From Penicillus capitatus (lineage: Eukaryota; Plantae; Chlorophyta): a DNA stretch of 64,000 nucleotides. The notes beneath the pieces were generated by a model, which was given only the letters and a program-made list of their open reading frames with translations, had not been told where the DNA came from and did no database searches. Below are positions 1 to 11,486 of the stretch, in pieces. Made by a program: the position numbers and the translations under genes. The DNA lies in the NCBI GenBank assembly GCA_965649825.1, contig OZ287708.1, forward strand, positions 577,411 through 641,410. Reading direction: 5' to 3'. The number at the start of each line of letters is the position of its first letter. Within the stretch, counting starts at the first letter, position 1.

Positions 1-225
1 GCCGTCCACCACACGAGCTGCCCCTTCATCATATGGCGCATCCGCTATTAAATCTCTGCCGATCAAGAAACGTCTGTCCGTTCGATGAAGAGCGATCGAC
101 GATACCTGACCCATCGTGGCTTATCTACAGCCGATACACGAACGGGGTGACGAAAGAGAGGGACTAAACGTCGTATACGCACACATCTATATCGCACCGA
201 GGACGTCTGCGAAGGGCACTTCATT

Positions 226-230
226 TTACA
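226..230 (-). terminator. Chlorophyte-type poly(A) signal TGTAA after TGH
   Basis: TGTAA on the minus strand 8 nt after the stop. UGUAA is the established chlorophyte near-upstream element. Confidence 0.6.
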
Positions 231-238
231 GAAATCGA

Positions 239-2781
239 TCACCGTTTCGATTTACCAAGTCGCCTTTCTTTACTTCGACGACGACGTTTAGATTCTTTCT
301 TAGCCTTCTTTTTCGCCCTTCCTTTCTTCAACGTCTTTAACAGTTTCCTGAACTCGGATGTCGACAGTCCTTTGAGGACTTCTTCATCGAATGTCTCTTC
401 TTTGCGTTCCTTCTTGCTCTTTTTCTTTTTACTGGGCTTCTCTTCTTCCACCTCGGATTCTTCGGAGGAAACGTTTAGGCGCTTTCGATTAGTGCTCGAC
501 GGATCGTTGGTCGTTTCTTTAATCTCTGAAAGATCGATCAAATCGGTTTCTTCCTGCATGTGACGACGATTGTGTTCAGGAGACATCTCTTCCTCTTCCT
601 CTTCCTCTTCATCCTCATCTTCCTCGGAAGCATCGAAAATTGACTTGAAAATATCGAGAGGTGGCTCTGTGTATTCTGGAGGCGGCAAAGAAATCTAAAC
701 GGCATAACATAAAGGGGTGAAGGCAAAGGTCGTGTGATGTGACTGACGTCAATGTCGTCTGCCACAGAGATTGTTGGACCTGCAGTCTCTGCTGAAGCGC
801 GCGGCTCTTCTTCTTGCACTTCATCCAAAGCAGATTCATATGTCATGAACTTGGAGGTGGTTTCTGATTCTCGAGGCATTCCTTTCAACGGATCGAGGAC
901 ATTGAATCGTTTATAGAGTAAAGGAACGGGATGCCAGTCGACAAAAGAACGAACGGGTGTGCATTCTCCTGGCTGAGGTGCTCTGTCAACAGATTTGTCT
1001 GCCTCTGGCTGCTGTTCACTCTTGGGCTTCGGTGCTCTGAGGCCTGCTGTACTCTCTTCCATGTGCAGCGTTCCTTCCGCGCTGCCTTTGACAAAATTCG
1101 ATTTCAATGCCGATCGGACTCTGTCGCGGTCTTCTTCAGGAACACCTCCAATAAAAGGATGCGAGACAGTGCGGCTGGCAATGGGTGTTTCCTGGATTCT
1201 CTCATCGCCCAGCAGAAATCCACGGTCGTCTGCTGTAAGAGGTGCCTCTCTCAGACCGATGCAGTGCACACCGAGTTTCTGAAAAGTCACTTTGACGTCC
1301 AGGAGTTTCCACCTGTAATACTCGGACCCTTCTCCACCGAAGAGAAAACCGAAACCATCCTCTCCCTGATGTTTTTGGCGGACAAATTCTTCGGACATCA
1401 TTCCTCCCTTTGCAACGAATACTGCTAAACTGTCAATCGTTCTTTTGAGATTTTCGTCGACGGGAAGCTTGGGGGCTGGAACAGAAGACTGCATGGATTT
1501 CACAGGATCTCCTTCGTTAGAAGGTTGCATGTCTTCATGCCTCCCTGTGAAATCTGTCGGAACGATGGGAAGCTGAAACGCTTTCTTCTCGTGCAGCACA
1601 GATCCCAGACAAAATCCTGCCACCAAAGATCCCTTCTTCCCTGTGGGCTTCTGTCCGATTCTCTTTGGCCCTCTGTCGCCGTCACATCATCAGACAGAAG
1701 GCCATACTAGACGGACATACTTTTCGATATGCCGTGTGTGTTTGCCTCCGTCGTCGGAATGATCAGACATATCGTAGTAGTTTATGTGATCATGGGCACT
1801 CTCTACGTAGTCTCCGATCTCACCGAACGTGTCTGTCTCTTCCAGTACGCCCACACCAAAAGCAATGCCGCGCGATCTCTTGATCGAAGACTTCGGCGAG
1901 GTGCCTTCTCCTGTCTTGTGTCTTTCGAAGGCACGGGATCCTCGAAACGGATCGAATCCCAATCCTTGGACATTCGTCTAAGAAACATCCATTTCATTTC
2001 TGCTCGGCATTTGAGCGAAGTGGACCTTGGGTTTCTCATTCCAGACATAGTTACTCTGCTGAGACAGTGATGCCTCTGGACCCCATTTGCTCTTCGCACT
2101 TCGCTGGAAACCCTCTCCGATGCCTTTCCCTTGACGCCATCCCATTTTCTGAAGCAATTGCACACCTGTCACATCACGCTGTCATTCCATCATGCATCGG
2201 ACGGAGAACATCTGTCAACCGATCGATTCGGAAACGCCCTCGACAAATTCGCCAATGATCTCTCCCGGAATGATCGGCCGAGCCATCGCTTCACGTTCCG
2301 TCCTCTCTCTTACTCTAGTTTGCTGCGATAAGGCAAATGTATCGTACCCTTCCTGCGCACGTACACTTGCAGACACTCTTCCCGCGAGTGGCAGGCATAC
2401 TTGCGTCGTAATATCCACTTGAGCCATCTCCTCCAATTCGTCTTTATCATAGAAATCTTGAATTGCCTGGGTTCTTTCTTCGGCGCGTTGTGACCGCGAT
2501 GTTCGAAAGCTCTTCGGAACAAATCCTTCCTGTACACCATTGTGTATCGAAAAACTTCGAAGTCAATCACTCTTTGTTACTTTGGTATCGACGGTGTTGA
2601 AGTAACCCGCCGAGAATCCTCCCGTAAAGGCACCATGGAGGCGTCGCCGACCGCGCTCATCGGTGACGATTTGCTCCCATACTCGCGGCGCACGAGACGC
2701 TTTCGATTGTTTTCGACTGAGCAGAGCGCTCTCTGCCGATTCGATCGGCGTTCCTAAGAATCCACGCCGTGTTTCGCCCAT
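239..2781 (-). CDS. TGH: G-patch/SURP(SWAP) protein, TOUGH/GPATCH1 family (multi-exon)
   Basis: N-terminus [14 protein letters not shown]...[25 protein letters not shown] matches the GPATCH1/TGH N-terminal motif. G-patch [18 protein letters not shown]-like [12 protein letters not shown]...YYRWKL and a Lys-rich tail ending at TGA 239-241 are present. Confidence 0.9.
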
Positions 2782-2822
2782 CGCTTAAATAGAGATTCCG
2801 CCCTTCACATCAATATGTCCAA

Positions 2823-3642
2823 TCAAGTGGCTTTAATCTCTCCAGAATTGGCGATGACGATCGTCTTCTTAGGCTTTCCAGAAGAAGTCCCTTGAGCTTC
2901 AATCTGCATAACCAGATCCATTCCCTCCAAAACTGCCGCCACACAACAATGCAATTCTTAAGTGACAGTTGCAGAAGATCAGAAGCGAAAAACCTTCTCC
3001 AAAGACGACGTGACGTCCATTGAGCCATCCTGTCACCACGGTTGTAATGAAGAACTGAGAACCATTGGTGTTGGGTCCGGCATTAGCCATACTGAGCAAT
3101 CCTGGAGTTGTATGCTGGAGATCAAAATTCTCATCCTGCAAAAACACAGGATGGCGTCTTGAGGAGCACGGGAAAGGCGACCTCGAATTTTGTGCCATAG
3201 ATCGATTCCCCTCCTGTCCCATCACCCCTCGTGAAATCGCCTCCCTGAATCATGAACTGGGGGATGATGCGATGAAAAGAGGAGCCCTTGTAATGCAAAG
3301 GTTTTCCCGATTTCCCCTTTCCTTTCTCTCCGGTGCACAAAGCACGAAAATTCTCAACCGTCTTGGGCACGGTATCGCCATACAATCCGAAAACAATGCG
3401 GCCTGATCACCACCACCAACTCCGCATAGATTGACATGAAAGCCGCGTGCTGTGTCCCTTACCAGCGTGTTTCCCATCGATTTCGATATCGAAGAAGGTC
3501 TAGTGACGTGACATCTCATCTTGTGGCTTTGTGTGATGGAGGGAGGTACTTTGTGCGTGATTTTTTTCTGAGGTTCGGCAGATACGTGCACCAAACACGT
3601 CAACGCGATGAAGAGCGCAGTTATTCTGCCGAACGTCATCAT
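2823..3642 (-). CDS. Secretory-pathway cyclophilin (cyclophilin-B-like PPIase), multi-exon
   Basis: Signal peptide [22 protein letters not shown], then [63 protein letters not shown] and HVVFGEVLEGMD. TGA at 2823-2825. A further in-frame ATG lies at 3741. Confidence 0.95.
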
Positions 3643-3784
3643 CTCAGCGAGGTTCGATGAAAAACGGCGATTGAGCTCGACACGCGTGACGGCGCAAATC
3701 ATAATAGACGCAACATAGATCGTTTTTATCGACACTGTCATTTCACACGATTCACAACGATATCAGAAACAAAAGAAAGCGAGA

Positions 3785-6700
3785 TCAAGAAAGATGAGAT
3801 GTTCCATTTGCATCGAAGTGTGGAAGCAAGTCAGCAATCTCTTCATCAATTTTCGTTTTGGGTCCATCCAAGAGGGCGACACGATTATTGAAGATATTGG
3901 GTCCGCACTCAACACTGAGCTTCTGAATCATCGCCTCATCCAGTTTGTCCTCGGGCACCCGGACCTCATCATTACAGACACTCACTCCGGTGCAAGATCG
4001 GCCTGAATGCTCTCTACCTTATTCTTGTCCGTGGGAGGAACGATGATGACGCGTTGAGCGCCTCCGATCAGCGCCTCTGCATCGGAGGTGACAAATCCGA
4101 CATTCATGGATTGCTCCGAATTCTGCTGATGCGCACAGGACTGCAGCAAAGTCGATGAGTGATCAAGAGATGGGACAAAGGGCGCACATGAATGGATGAG
4201 GCAATGCAGAGCATCACAACATTCTCCATGCTGATCCCGAGTCGTTGGACAAGGAATCGGATGGCCAGTGAACGCGATGCACGTATTGGAGTGATGTGCA
4301 GCAACGGGGAGACGCCAAATCCCTTCTTCGTTTTATCCACCTATGACCATTATGCACACACTCACTCACACGTCATCTCATCTCTTCTTGAGAGAAAGGA
4401 CCTGTAAGATGCATCCAACCCGGATACCCGCTTTCCTCAGCTGCGCATGGACGCGATCCACTACGCTGACGTCATCCAGTTTCTCCACGGGTTGTTTGGC
4501 AACTTCTTTCACGATGTGGAAAGGACCGGCCGAGATCTTGATGGGATTCAATAGGTATTTTTTTCTGTGTCGATCGGCCCACATTCTCTCGAGGATGTGC
4601 TCGATCGCCACCTTGCTCCATCGTTCATCGATGTGAATATCATATGGTTCATAAGAAGTCATCTCATCAGCACCTTGCCATACAAATAAATCTGCCCCAC
4701 TGTTGCAAATAATGAAGTCAATGTCCAGCAACTGGAGGCAACAAACACAGATTCAGCTGTTTGTCATGTAGAGAGATGAAGAGGGAGGCGTGGAGCACGA
4801 ACTTTCAGTTTTATCTTCTCGACGACATTGCAGGTGGCGTCAAAACAAAGCATGCTGGCAATGCCAAATCCGACTTGACTCGTTCTTCTGCGTTCCGAAC
4901 GGCGTCCGTATGCAGCAGTAACAACACTCTTGAGAAGGCTAATCGCCTGATGCGCTAAAGGAGAATTGTCCAGCGCCGCCACAATCAGACGCTTTCTCAG
5001 AGCCAGTCGTGGACGGCCAGCATCTCTTTCTTCCTCCGCCAGTCGAGATTCGGGATCAAATTTCATCGAATGGTCATCCATCGATGGAAAATCGGCAAGA
5101 TTCTTGAGATTCGTGTCTTGTATGGGACCTTCGTCAAGTCTTTCCTTGTAGTAGCGATCGTCCCAGCTGTTTCCCAATGGGGTAATGTACTTAATACTCT
5201 GAACATATTTCTTCTCCTGTTCTAAAAAGATCAGAACTTTCTTACAGTGTGCCGTCCATGAGTAAGCGCCGATATTGGCCAAGCCATTCCTGCTGAATTC
5301 TTCCCAGAGGTTCTTTTCCGTGAGTATTCGGACGAGAGCATCGCCGATCTCCTTCTCATTCAACGGATCGATAAGCAATCCGTTCTTGAGCTCTGCCACG
5401 ATATCGATCGGTCCACCATTCTTCGTGGCGACGATGGGAGCGCCGTGCGCCGCCGCTTCGATCAGTGTCAAGCCAAACGGCTCCTGCAAAGCAGGATTGA
5501 TAAAAATACCTCTTGTCCGCTCAACCAGACGGTAAATATCTTTGACTTGATCTTGCCGATGCTGTTTGGGATAGGCAACCATTCCATAGAGATCATACGC
5601 ATCGATCAGCTTTAACACATCCAACAACACTGATTTGCTACTCTTAGGCAAAGAATCAATGACATCTCTGTTGCCCATGACGAGCACCAAATTCGCCAGC
5701 TCACGCAATGTCTCATTCTGACCAAATGCCCGAACAAGTGTCGTGATATTTTTCTTGGCATCTGGACGGCTCAATGCCAAGATCACTGGCTTCCGCGGAT
5801 TCGACAGAAATCGAAAGATTTCTTTCCAGATGAGGGGCTCTGGTCTGTCGTGAAGCGGCGAAATTCCCCAATCCGCCGTCGCATCGTGCTCATCTACAGC
5901 CTCCGTCGATGTCTTTTTCGATTTGAGATTGTGAAAATCGAGTCCGGGTGGCACGACGCGCATGAGTGGCATGTGATAAGCACCCTTGTGCCTCCGGCGT
6001 ATCGTATGAAGGATGGATCCATTGTATCCATGATACAATCCCCACTGCTCATGCACTTCCTGTCTTGTACTTGTGAACACCATGATCGCTTCATCCAATG
6101 CCCTTTCTTCAGCTTCGATGCGTCTTCCAATAGAGTACGTCTTCTCAATATCTGCCAGACTTTGCTTCCCTGCTGCCAGCAGATGTTCACGTTTGTTGCG
6201 TCCGAGGGAGTGTCCAGTGAGAACCATATTGACACTGAGTGTCTGAGCCATAAGGGCTGCCACTTCACCTGCATCTGCATAGTGGCCATGTATGTAATAC
6301 AGCTCACAGGGTTCTCCAGCCTCGGCCAAACTGTTCAGCATTTTCTTCGCATGGGTCAGTCCACGGTCCGCGAATTCGCGAATGTGTGGCCATAGTTCCT
6401 CTTTGCGCATGTACGTTTCTGTCGGACCGCATGGCAGCCGGATAATAAAAGATCCCCCCAATTTCCCTTCGCTTTTCTGCAGGCATTCCTCCGGCAGCCC
6501 ATACGATGCATGAACACTCGGATCGCAAATCTGTCGCGTCAAGAGGTCTACTCGATGCACAGCAGGATGACGGCTGAGTTCTCGGGCCAACTCGACCACA
6601 TACTTCACCTATCCCACGCGTTCCATCTCTTCGATCAAAATGATCATAACAGCGCCTCACCTGTCCTCCAGTATCCGCATCGACTCCCAATTCCATCGCC

Positions 6701-7221
6701 TCCCCTCGGATGAGTCCGTGAATACTGATCAAGATGATGTAGAGCTTGTCAACACGCGTTTCGAAACTCTCTCCTGCATCCGCTGGCAGATTCTCAGACA
6801 CGTGTCTCATGAAATCAAACTCCCCAAGAGGCGTCAAAGCTTCATCACCCGAATGCTCTCCGTCTGACGAGGCAACACTCAATGTTGTATCGTCGGGAAC
6901 TTCGTCGCGAAGACGTGCATGCTCTTCAGAGAATACACGAAATTTCTTCTGCTTCATGAACCAGACCCTCCAGACGAGGAATTCGAGTCGGGCATCTTTC
7001 TCATCCGTATGCCTTGTGGTATGAATGCGACTCCACGCTTGCCAGAGACTCACTTCGTCCATGTCCAGAATCTGTTGAAGATAGTACTTGGCGGCAATGT
7101 TTTTGTCGGCATTCACGGCATCGTCGTTCGGCGTCTCTCGGACATGACGGTTCAGGTGTTCTGTCGAGAGACCCTGATGCAGCAATGCATCCAAATAGGA
7201 TTCGATCCAGCTATTCTCCAT
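3785..7221 (-). CDS. SPS: Sucrose-phosphate synthase (GT4 domain plus C-terminal SPP-like HAD domain), multi-exon
   Basis: MENSWIESYLDALL start; SIHGLIRGEAMELGVDADTGGQ(V)KYVVELA; HGHYADAG; SRPDAKKNITTL; NPALQEPFGLTLIEAAAHG; C-terminal FIICNSGADL and ITPIRASRSLAIRFL. Confidence 0.95.
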
Positions 7222-7337
7222 CCACAACAGTCCAGCGTACCGTATCTATTCGTTGTGTCCTTTTATGCATTAACGGTGTCATTAGGCAAAAATGCGGAGG
7301 AGTTCAGGTAAGGCTTAGAGTACGGGCATGTGCAGAG

Positions 7338-10291
7338 ATGCAACGCGATACGATTGCAGCGAGTCCATCGACAAGCCCTCCGGCCAAAAAAGCGAAGAAA
7401 CAAGAGCCGAAAGAGACGAAAAAACGCACACGGAAACAAGTTGTCAAGAAATGACAGGTGTGATGACGACGTGATGTGTGATTTGGCTATTCCAGGAGCC
7501 ATCTCTGTCGAGATTGACAGCGAGACAGCTGACGGTTGCACGACTGGTGTCCTCATACAAGTGCGTCTGCTGTTTAGTGATTGTGTGATGGCAGAGTGAG
7601 ATTAGGTATGAGTGTAAGAAGATGCTACAGTCGATAGGGGAGAGGCAGAGACGATGGAAACGTGAATTAGAGACCGAATCTCAGACGCCTCCGATGCCTT
7701 GTACAAAGCCAGAGCCCCTGAACGAACCTACAGCGATCGAGTTTGGCGAACCGTCGCCAGCAGCAACGCCTCAACGCACATCACCCCATGCTAACACTGT
7801 ACCGTCCTGTCTCGACAGGAAGCTGCAAAGAAGGTGTGAAGCAGATCGAGGAGGGAATTCCTTGGAAACAGGCAGAACGCGATACGTTAAGAAAATGGTT
7901 CTTGGCTTTTGGATTTGATCGATGGGAGGATGTGCGTCACCTCTTCATAAAGAAACAGTTATTGACGAACTGCTTTCCCTGCCGATCAGGTAGAGGAGGC
8001 CGTGCGGGAGACACAGAAGACAAACCGCCACACACGGGAAGAAATGGAGATGGCCTGTTGGGAATTGCTGGCCGAGGTGGAAGATGGATTGGATGGAGAA
8101 GAGAAGACGTATCTTTCGCACAAGCTCGACGCCGTCCGTCATCGAATGCCGTTCAAAACACCCGGAATCCCTTGGTCCAGAGTCCAGAAGGTGACAACAC
8201 ATGGTTATTGACAGGCACTGAGTGACATCACCCTTTGATGGTGGTTCAGTTCCAAGCATCTGGAAGGACTTGGATTCGTCGACTGCAGTTTCTGGACAGT
8301 ATAGCACAGATCGACAAGCAGTTGGCTGATCCAGAGAAGCGTGCCTTTTTCAAAGAATGCATCAAAGATATCTCGGAGACGTTTCTTCCAGCGCCATGGT
8401 GGAATGCAGAATTGGATCTCCTATTCATTGCAGGCGTCTATGACTGTGGCTACGGAAACCACGAACCCATTCGCCACGATCCGATCTTCTGCAGGACATA
8501 CAAGAAATCCTGCATTGAGCTGGGATTGCGAACGGACTCCAAGTTTAAGAAATTCAAGTGCGAGATGGTGATGGATTGGCCAACGACGGAGCAGCTGAAC
8601 AGAAGACTGAAGAAAGTGGTGGATACACTGATAAAGGCAGAGAACCATCCAAAGCTTCCACCACCAGGAGAGATCCAGGTGGAATGGAGAACGCATGCAG
8701 ATCGCGGCATCACGCATTTCTGTAGTGGAATCGACAAGAGAAGCTGCGTATGTTGAAGAGTCTGATGACGTTTGGATTGCCTCAAGATTTCGAATATCCA
8801 GACGCCACTCCCCAAACCCAGAACGTAACGGATGCCTATCATCAGCGATGACGCCTCATCATCATGTGCGATGTGTTTGTTAGCGGTTCTTGGTGGAAAT
8901 GGGAATGCTTTTGAAGCATGCAGAAATGGGCGGTCTGTGTGTGCTAGACGGCAGGAGTCTTTGTCGGGAATTACTGGAAGAGATGGAGACGGTTATGTCT
9001 CAGAGAACGATACAAGTGAGCAGAGCAGACAGTGGCATTGACTCCGAGAGAGTGACTGTTTGTTTTCCTGTCAGAGATCTGCTGAGAGCTCAGATCTACA
9101 CGAGGAAGGAAAAGGCATCGATGGGAACAGGTGCGTGAGTGCAAGACACTGAGATTACATGGTCTATTGCTGGTTGGTGTTCAAGGACGGATGCGTTTGT
9201 TTTGGTGCCCTACAGCGCTGTCCATCTCAAAGAACAGCTAGAACTGTTGGGCGTGCTCAAATCACACATGCATCTGCTGAAACATGCAGAATTCGTCGAA
9301 GCCTTGGGACAGAACTCCAGAGACATCCCTGCTTGGTATCTGCCCCTTCTGTGTGATCATATGCGTGAACGGTCTGTCGCATTTAGGTGGGCGAATGGCG
9401 TGCATGACCATGAGATGTTGATGGGGACATTTTTTCATGGCTTCGGTGCGAGGAATGCCATCTTCTACAGTGCTTCTTTCTCATTCACACGTTGTGTCTC
9501 TCTTTTTGAGCAAACACAGAAGAGCATCTCTTTCGAAATGATGATGGAGGCCGGTCCGATCGTCGCCGTCGAGCGGTTCTTGCCAATCTGTGTCATCGGA
9601 TCATCCTCCCGGACATGTTCTTTCTAGATTGGCGGCTGATCTGCATGTCACCCTCAATCCCGAATGCATTCAAGCAGATGACATTCCGAATCCTAGCTGG
9701 CTGATGGATAGGTGCAAATTTCTGCATCATATGATGAAGCAACATACACCTAAGGTGAAAACTGGAGTCCGGTGAAGAGAAAGCATGACATGTCCTGCAC
9801 TGTAGATGGAGAGTCATACCCCTGCCAGAATGGCCCAGTTGAGACACCAACCTGAATGGCTGGCGCGTTTGAGCACAACCTCATCTGTCCTTCGCCCACC
9901 ATTTGTGCCTCAGACCGCGCCATCGATTTCACCTGTCCTACCTCAGAATCTCACTCTGCGCCCAAATGTCCTTTCTGTCCGTCCTGGACTTATTGGCGCT
10001 TCACAGCCGCATGCACTTCTGATGCTCAATACCTCTCAAGGGCTCCCGGCATCCTTGCAGCAATTCCAGCAGCAACTCAGACCAGGCTTCGCCCTTGCGG
10101 TCCGGCCGTATGTCCCCTTAGCCGTGCAGCCATCTGCGCGTGATCTATCTGCAGGACGTTATTCCCAACCGTCGACCAATGCAGGACAAACCATCTTCCA
10201 CAGTGTCCCCCCACAAATCATTCTGGCGTCACAACAGCCACCGACCTCATTGCCTACCGTGAGATTCCCTCGTCCACCTCCGGCACCTTAG
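7338..10291 (+). CDS. Protein with CHD6-9-like SANT/SLIDE modules and Q/P-rich tail, no ATPase seen (multi-exon, start uncertain: 7328 or 7338)
   Basis: WKQAERDTLRKWFLAFGFDRWEDV, GRTWIRRLQFL, PAPWWNAELDLLFIAGVYDCGYGNHEPIRHDPIF and WPTTEQLNRRLKKVV resemble CHD7-type C-terminal motifs. A second copy reads W..HDHEMLMGTFFHGFG. Stop TAG at 10289-10291. Confidence 0.65.
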
Positions 10292-10328
10292 AGCGACGCA
10301 GGAAAGAGCTGTTCTTCTGTTTTATTCA

Positions 10329-10333
10329 TTACA
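10329..10333 (-). terminator. Poly(A) signal TGTAA after SmG
   Basis: TGTAA on the minus strand ~52 nt after the stop. Confidence 0.55.
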
Positions 10334-10385
10334 TATGGACGATGACAGTTGACGGGCGGCTCTCACGCGCAGTTTAAGTCCTTCT

Positions 10386-10659
10386 CTATTCTGCCACTTT
10401 GTCAAGAACTTCGATCGTCACGATACTGTTCCCTCGTATGACCACCATGCCAATATCAATCTTCATTTTCTCGTCGATGGTATTGTCCAACACGATGTTC
10501 ATGAACTGATCGAAGCCACGCAGGACACCAGTGACGTGGCGGTCTCCATTGAGCTTAACTACAAGACCCGCACGTACCAACACGATTCCGCACGTAGGCA
10601 TTACTGCTCAGTTTTCGGTCCATAAAATTCTTGAGCTCTGGCGCCTGAATCTTCGGCAT
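10386..10659 (-). CDS. SNRPG: Small nuclear ribonucleoprotein Sm G (2 exons)
   Basis: MPKIQAPELKNFMDRKLS|IKLNGDRHVTGVLRGFDQFMNIVLD...IGMVVIRGNSIVTIEVL, with a 46-nt GT-AG intron at 10559-10604. Confidence 0.95.
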
Positions 10660-10714
10660 CTTCACTGACGTCGCGCAATCGATCGGCGACGTGTTCAATG
10701 GCGAAGGTCGATAT

Positions 10715-11416
10715 TTAATGAGTGGAACGAACACGTTTATGGGAAGCGTACGACAGACACGTTGTCCACGCCAGTGCGACGATATTGGCAAAGAGCACAC
10801 GCAGATTGGGCGGAATGATCCAAAAATTCACAAGCTGTGCCGGAATCCAGATCTTCCAGTTTAACACAGTCGTCGGCATCCAGTCCTGTTCCAGTTTTGG
10901 CCAGATCTTCTGCACTTGATGCGTCTCTGATACCACAAGAGTCGATAGAATGACGGCGCAGAAGGCAGGGGCAAAGAGAAACTGATCGAACAGTAAGGAC
11001 CCCACGGCGCTGCGAAATCCAGGCGTCACGAAAAATCGCGCCAACATTCCATACCACACATGCAATGTCGGGCCCACCATTAACAATCCCAAGGCTGTGA
11101 ACACTGCCAGGCGTTTCCATCGAAAACGCTCGCCCGTTTCGAAGAAGTGTTGAGCGAGGATATCGCCGAGGGCATTGATCACGCCAGATGTCCACATCTT
11201 GGTGATAACGGGTCGCTTGTTGAGTTCGCGTAGATAGGCGCCCCATATGGCGGACCCCCAACCTCTTTGACCCCCACTGTCGTTTGCCGTCGCTTTAATG
11301 CCACCACGGTTGCCGCCGCCATTACCGCTGATGGAATGCGTGCGTTTGTGCAGACGGCGCAGAGGCGTGAGGCGAAAGAGAGGGCAAGACAGGAAGGATA
11401 AACGCGTCGACCACAT
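10715..11416 (-). CDS. Mpv17/PMP22 family membrane protein with transit-peptide-like N-terminus (single exon)
   Basis: YLRELNKRPVITKMWTSG, GDILAQ, GPTLHVWY, DQFLFAPAF, NWKIWIPAQLVNFWIIPPNLRVLFANIVALAWTTCLS. First ATG at 11416 (the ORF-track start at 11458 is TTG). Confidence 0.92.
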   Translation of the reverse strand: MWSTRLSFLSCPLFRLTPLRRLHKRTHSISGNGGGNRGGIKATANDSGGQRGWGSAIWGAYLRELNKRPVITKMWTSGVINALGDILAQHFFETGERFRWKRLAVFTALGLLMVGPTLHVWYGMLARFFVTPGFRSAVGSLLFDQFLFAPAFCAVILSTLVVSETHQVQKIWPKLEQDWMPTTVLNWKIWIPAQLVNFWIIPPNLRVLFANIVALAWTTCLSYASHKRVRSTH

Positions 11417-11486
11417 CGAAGACTGTTTCGCTCGACAACGTGATGCGACCGACGTCAACGACGATGTCGCCGTTATCTAAAAAACA

